Assembly (NCBI GenBank): GCA_963693365.1
Contig: CAVNZM010000014.1
Span: forward strand, 5,208,001-5,272,000
Direction of reading: 5' to 3'
DNA from: Amoebidium appalachense
Lineage: Eukaryota; Protista; Ichthyosporea
DNA: 64,000 nt
The translations under genes were made by a program, and so were the position numbers. Below are positions 53,221 through 64,000 of this stretch, in pieces. Every line of letters starts with the position of its first letter. Position 1 is the stretch's first letter. Under the pieces are notes generated by a model. The model saw nothing but the letters and a program-made list of their open reading frames with translations. It did not search any database and was not told the DNA's origin.

Positions 53221-53999
53221 CGGGCCCAGGCCCGGGGAAGCCGACCGTCTGACTGCGGCCGGTGCATTGTAAACTGTTAACTTAGAGTTTTTGTTTTTTA
53301 AAAAGATATTGAATGTTTCTTTTACTATTTTCGTGTATATAAGAGTAAGATAAAGGTGGAGATTATATGAATAAGCGCTGAATATAGTACCGTCGGGATC
53401 GTAGCGGCTTTTCCACTTTTTTAATTTGCCTGTGAGTCTGGTTGTGAATGGTCAGATATCAGATGATTCTGTGGATGCGTGTGTATATCTGGAAGATTCT
53501 ATGGTAAAGCGTTATCATGATATTGTAGCCATATATGATAGCTCGAAAATAAAAAAAGTGGTCGGTTAGTATCAGCATTTTTTAACACCTAGATATAATT
53601 GGTGCGTACATCTACTTTTGATTAAAGGATCAAGAGCCAATAGCGTGAACTCCTTATGATCAAAGCCCCTGCAGGGTATAAAAACAGCAGCCTTGGTGCA
53701 AAATTGGCCAGATTCGGTTTATTGTTGCATTCGCTTGAAGACAACAAAACGAGTAAAACTTCGGCCGACCGGTGACATTTAGTACAACTTTGCTTAGAGA
53801 CTTTACCCTCGAGAAAAACTGCATTTGCAAACAAATAATAAGTAGGTGATCGTTTGTCACGACGTATAATTAGTGAACTTCACTACTAGCTATAAGCCGC
53901 CCATGCAAACACGTACAAAGGAGAGATCTCGAACAACGAAGAAAAACCACCAAAATCAAAACACACACACACACACAGGTTATACACAGAAGGACAAAC

Positions 54000-54968
54000 A
54001 TGTCATCAATGGAGCCCAATCTAGGCGCGCCGCTTGGCCTTCCAAGCTATGCATGCTCCGGTACCCTAAACCTACCTTCACCCACACACACACCACACGA
54101 CTCATCACACCACACACAAAAATACCTCTCGCCTATATGTCCAAACTCATCCACCCCGTGCTCGACCCTCCCCACATCTGTCTGCCTTCTCCCCAAAGCA
54201 CCACGCAAGCGCAGACACCCGAGCGACCTTGACCTGAAATACCCATGCCCTGTTGCTGAGTGCGGGCGAAAATACGCACTTGAAAACAGTTTGCGCCAAC
54301 ATTTGCGCAAGCACCACGGTATGCAACAACCTATGCATACCCCACAATCTACAGGTAACATGGCAGGAAGCCCGTCCCTCCGTGTAAACGACAGCCCTGT
54401 TCAGGCACCTTGCAGTCCCGCAACTTCCTATGTGTCTCTTTCCCCACCCCAAATGAGTAGTAACACTCTTGGCTACCAACCGAGCCATCTTCGCTCGGTG
54501 AAATCCGTCCCTACGATGATGAATACGATGGATCAGGTTTGGTCTACAGAGCCCGCAGTATCTCCTTACGACATGGTAATCACCCCACCTCCTTGTTTTG
54601 CATATAATGCAAGCCCGGAAGGTGTTTTCACGTTCAAACAGGAGAACACTTATGAACAAACCCAACAAAACAACCACCTGCCCAACCAAACTACGTTAAT
54701 GGATCTGAACTCGCCCGTTTTTGCACCTCAACCAGACGCTAGTACAAAAGCATATCAGACGTTCAGTTTCAACGTTCCAAGTGTTAAGAGTGAACCTAGG
54801 CCTGTAGCCGTTGATATTGAGATGTTTGTAAGCAGTTTAATGGGTGAACCTCAAAGGGTAGACCCCCTCAAGTGTTCGATGGATAGGGTGGCAATCGATA
54901 AGATTGAGCAGGAGCTTATGGAGATGGTCTCAACGGAGCAGAGCGCAAACGTTACGGCTGCAGCGTAG
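54000..54968 (+). CDS. Single-exon protein with one C2H2 zinc finger (putative transcription factor)
   Basis: 322-aa non-repetitive ORF with basic patch PRKRRH and YPCPVAECGRKYALENSLRQHLRKHH, and an S/P/Q-rich, acidic C-terminus. Confidence 0.85.
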   Translation: MSSMEPNLGAPLGLPSYACSGTLNLPSPTHTPHDSSHHTQKYLSPICPNSSTPCSTLPTSVCLLPKAPRKRRHPSDLDLKYPCPVAECGRKYALENSLRQHLRKHHGMQQPMHTPQSTGNMAGSPSLRVNDSPVQAPCSPATSYVSLSPPQMSSNTLGYQPSHLRSVKSVPTMMNTMDQVWSTEPAVSPYDMVITPPPCFAYNASPEGVFTFKQENTYEQTQQNNHLPNQTTLMDLNSPVFAPQPDASTKAYQTFSFNVPSVKSEPRPVAVDIEMFVSSLMGEPQRVDPLKCSMDRVAIDKIEQELMEMVSTEQSANVTAAA

Positions 54969-55538
54969 AAATGTGGCTTTGAATGAACGTGTATTTTTGA
55001 AAAACCATAAGTGCCTTTATGAGGTGGACATACTAAATGCCTGGGTTGGACGGCATTGTGTAGCACATATTTTTTAAAGGCAATATGTAGGGGCAGAATG
55101 AATGAGGCGAACTCATTGTACTATGCGGATTTAAAACCAATTAGAAAATATATGCCGCCCAGCATAATTAGGGTGGAACAGTTTCAAAAGGTACAGCTGT
55201 ATTATTAGTAAATATGGCAGGCACCTGCTGGCCAGGTGTCTGCAATGTTCTCAACTTATTTAAATAAACAAGGGAAGCTGAATGCCCTTTTTCAGGGTCA
55301 CTGAACAGCATACATATGCGCGGAAATACCATGATGCACTCTGGTTATACCCAGATATTCAAACATGATTTTGAACACAATCCTACTCTAGTTTATGTGT
55401 ATGCCATCTCGTTTCACTGTGCTGCAGCATTGTAATGGTCGTTAAATTTGCACGCAAATCAGGCACCTACCCAACACATTGTTGGTGTGCACACATCCTT
55501 CAGACTTCCCACACAGCCGTGCACGCGTACGTACGCAA

Positions 55539-55700
<162 letters not shown>

Positions 55701-57020
55701 ATTTCACTCACACGTGTACGCAACGGGCGCGAACGTGCACACACACATCTGTACACAGGCCAGACACATCTCGGACAAGTTTCTAAATCTTCCTATCAGG
55801 CACAAAACAACATAACTGGTCACCCACATTATAAACCAAAGGATATGTAGTGTGACCTCGTAGCCCAAGTCGCGTACATGTGTGTTCTCTTTCAACACCG
55901 GGTGGCAATGCCAAGCGTTTAGGCTTCTCCTCAGGCAGAAATGGGTGGGAGGTAGCTTGTGCTGCGCTGATGATACTCTGTGTTTGACCAAACAACTCGT
56001 GCGCATGCATATGCATGGCAGATGCTCGTGAGTGTACACACGTCAGTTCACAAACCACATGGTGTTTCTGTAAGACTGTGTGTGTGTGTGTGCACGCGCG
56101 CGCGCGCGTGTGTGTGTGTTTGTGTGTGTGCGCGTGCGTGTGTAAGCACGTGTGCATGTGCGCGCGCGCGTGTGTGTGTGTGTGTGTGTGCATGTGTGTA
56201 TGCACGTTAGTGTTCGGCATCAAGGGGTAGGAATCAAGAAAGACTTGTGCGACAACCCAAATCCTGCATTCCTTACGTAGTTAACCTTTATAAACTAGCA
56301 CGAAAGCTCTAGGGGGGGTCACATGAGAGAGGGTGGCTTGTATTGTGTGCTGCTGGCTCTCAAAGAGGTGGATACTGTACTCCTCACTGTGGTTGTGAGT
56401 GTGTGCCGTGAAGGAGTGGCAGCATTGTGAGGTGGTGTTAGCTCGTCGGGGAAAGAAAGGGGGAGAGGGGGAGAGGGGGGGGGAGGGGGGGGGTTGTTAC
56501 ACATAATGGGTCTTTACCAGGAATGTCGGTGAATGGGCGGTTTGGGAAGCTTCGTGTCCGTGCCTGCAGGACGGTAGGAGAGCATACACGGCAGCACTTG
56601 TGCAGTATACGTACGTACAACACGGACAATATCATGTCTTATTCCCCCCCTCCACACGCTTCCCCCCCTCCCTCCCCCCTCCCCCCCGTTTTTATCCCAC
56701 CTCCGCCCCTCCCTCCCCCCTCCCCCTCAAACCACGACACCACCACCATCCTCCAACAGCAGTGGTTTACCCCACGACCAGTTTTTGTGCTATCAGCGTG
56801 TTGGCAAGATCCAATGCAGAAAACTTACGGAGGCCATGATTGCTTTGTTTGCAGCCCCCTCGTCATTCCCACCGCCCCATCCCGCGGAGAAAACCACCAT
56901 CTTAAGGGGTGGGGTTGGCTTCGTTTACTTCTTAAAGAAATGGCCCCTCACCCCCCCCCCCCTCCCCCCCCCCCCCCCCCGGACGCCCCCCTCCCTCCCT
57001 CCCCCTCCTCCTCAACCCCC

Positions 57021-57055
<35 letters not shown>

Positions 57056-58177
57056 CCCCCCCCCCCCCCCCCCCCCCCCCCCGCCCCCAGGAAATCCATG
57101 GGAGGCCTTAAATCTGTCGCTGAGTTTGGAAAAGTCCAAGTTACTTAGCTACTTAGGCCTAGCTTGAGATATGGAGGGAGGGTTTGAGAGGGAGGGTTGG
57201 TTTTAAGAGGGAGGGAGGGTTTGAGAGACGGAGGGAGGAACGGAGGGAGATCAAGTTGGGACGGAGAGATCTTAAGAGAACCAGGAAGCAAGAGAAGTAC
57301 TGTGTGTGTAGGTGGATAGGTGGCTAGGTGGGTGGGTTTGGTTTGCGTGGGTGTGTGAACCTATCGGATACATTAAGTATCAGAAAATGGGTGTGCAACC
57401 CACAAACGATCCGTGGACCAGCGTTGATGTGCCAGAAAATGGATATGCCACCCACAAACGATCCGTGGACCAGCGTTGATCATACAGTTCCGTTTCCACA
57501 TGCAAACGACGGAAACGAGAAAATGCAGTTTCGGCAGCATTTGTGATTCAACATGATTTGCAACTTCGGTGGGTTTTTAAGAAAATTTCATTATAGGAAT
57601 TTTCTGTTTCTCTTTCTATCTTCATCACATTCAATCAGTCAGCGTCATGTTGGTGCTACCTTGGTCCCAACTGAGCCCTGCCACGGCCTGCCACGACCGT
57701 GCACAAAACGAAAGTTCCGGTTCGAAATATACGGTGCGTAGCTAACCAATCAAAGAAATTCTATATTTGATTGGTCAAAACATCGCTATATTGCTTTCAA
57801 GATTTCTAAGTTGTAATTCGTTTACATGTCTATAAAATAGCCGTATTTGGCTATTTAGTGTGTGTGAAAGCTATTGATTCGCTCTATATCATGTTGCTGT
57901 ACATGTCACTCTTTTCCAGTGCGAACGCACAAACTGCGAAGGTCCAGCGTACGTGGAGCACACAGTTGTAGTGTTTGAAAGCCTCGAGCTCATACATACA
58001 GGCAGATAGATATATCCAATCTTCTGAAAAACCTCATTTTTATTAATATATTGAAGCATATCCCCTATAATACATATTTACATCTGCAAGCAATCCTTTT
58101 AAGCAGATCCACAGCGTTGCCCACGTACTGTAACAGTTTACTTACTGCAACATCTAGATCCTTCAACACAATCGAAA

Positions 58178-63612
<5,435 letters not shown>

Positions 63613-63961
63613 GCTTTGTGTGTGTGTTAGGCTATCCCGTTCATTCAGTGTAGTATGACCGACCCCTATTGGCGTGCATTTCAAATGCATTTTTCTACCA
63701 TCCCCCCTCCGGCTTGCCACAGCCAAATCAGGGTGGCACGCGCTTTTTTACAAACACCCGCTTAAAGTTTCAAATAAGGTAATTTGAATACAAACTTTAC
63801 GTTAACAGGATATCGTTATATCCGGAAACGATTAAATTATGGATGGAGTAGTATATCAAGCCAGAGACCTACCTAATAAGTTACACACAGGTTTGCTTCT
63901 AAGCTTAAAGTTTATCTTTTAGGCCCTTTTTGCATGCCAGCAAGAGGAACGGGCTGCGTGT

Positions 63962-64000
<39 letters not shown>

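Overview
Eukaryotic, intron-rich DNA loaded with G/C homopolymers and (GT/AC)n and (CT/AG)n microsatellites. Cortactin, a U12 intron and RGS domains suggest a holozoan, possibly a unicellular ichthyosporean-like one (inference only). Host genes reconstructed by hand: a C3HC4 RING (Topors-like) gene whose RING is split by a U12-type AT-AC intron, an unknown Ser/Pro-rich gene, METTL6, a cortactin/HS1 homologue with only about one repeat and a long E/R/K helix, an intronless C2H2 gene and a tandem RGS-like gene. A TE island at about 18.7-35 kb holds an intronless MYND gene, Copia remnants, a DIRS-type RNase H/methyltransferase fragment, a perfect 32-bp hairpin and two near-identical LINE copies, one inserted inside the other. 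The most unusual system is the LINE 3' end: a ~60-nt poly(A) is internal, followed by a co-mobilised ~200-bp module ending in GTAAAC(C)n. A short intronic repeat family has a similar AAAC(C)n end and sits in C-runs. Most ORFs in the supplied track are microsatellite artefacts. At least two single-base homopolymer frameshifts look like long-read assembly errors.
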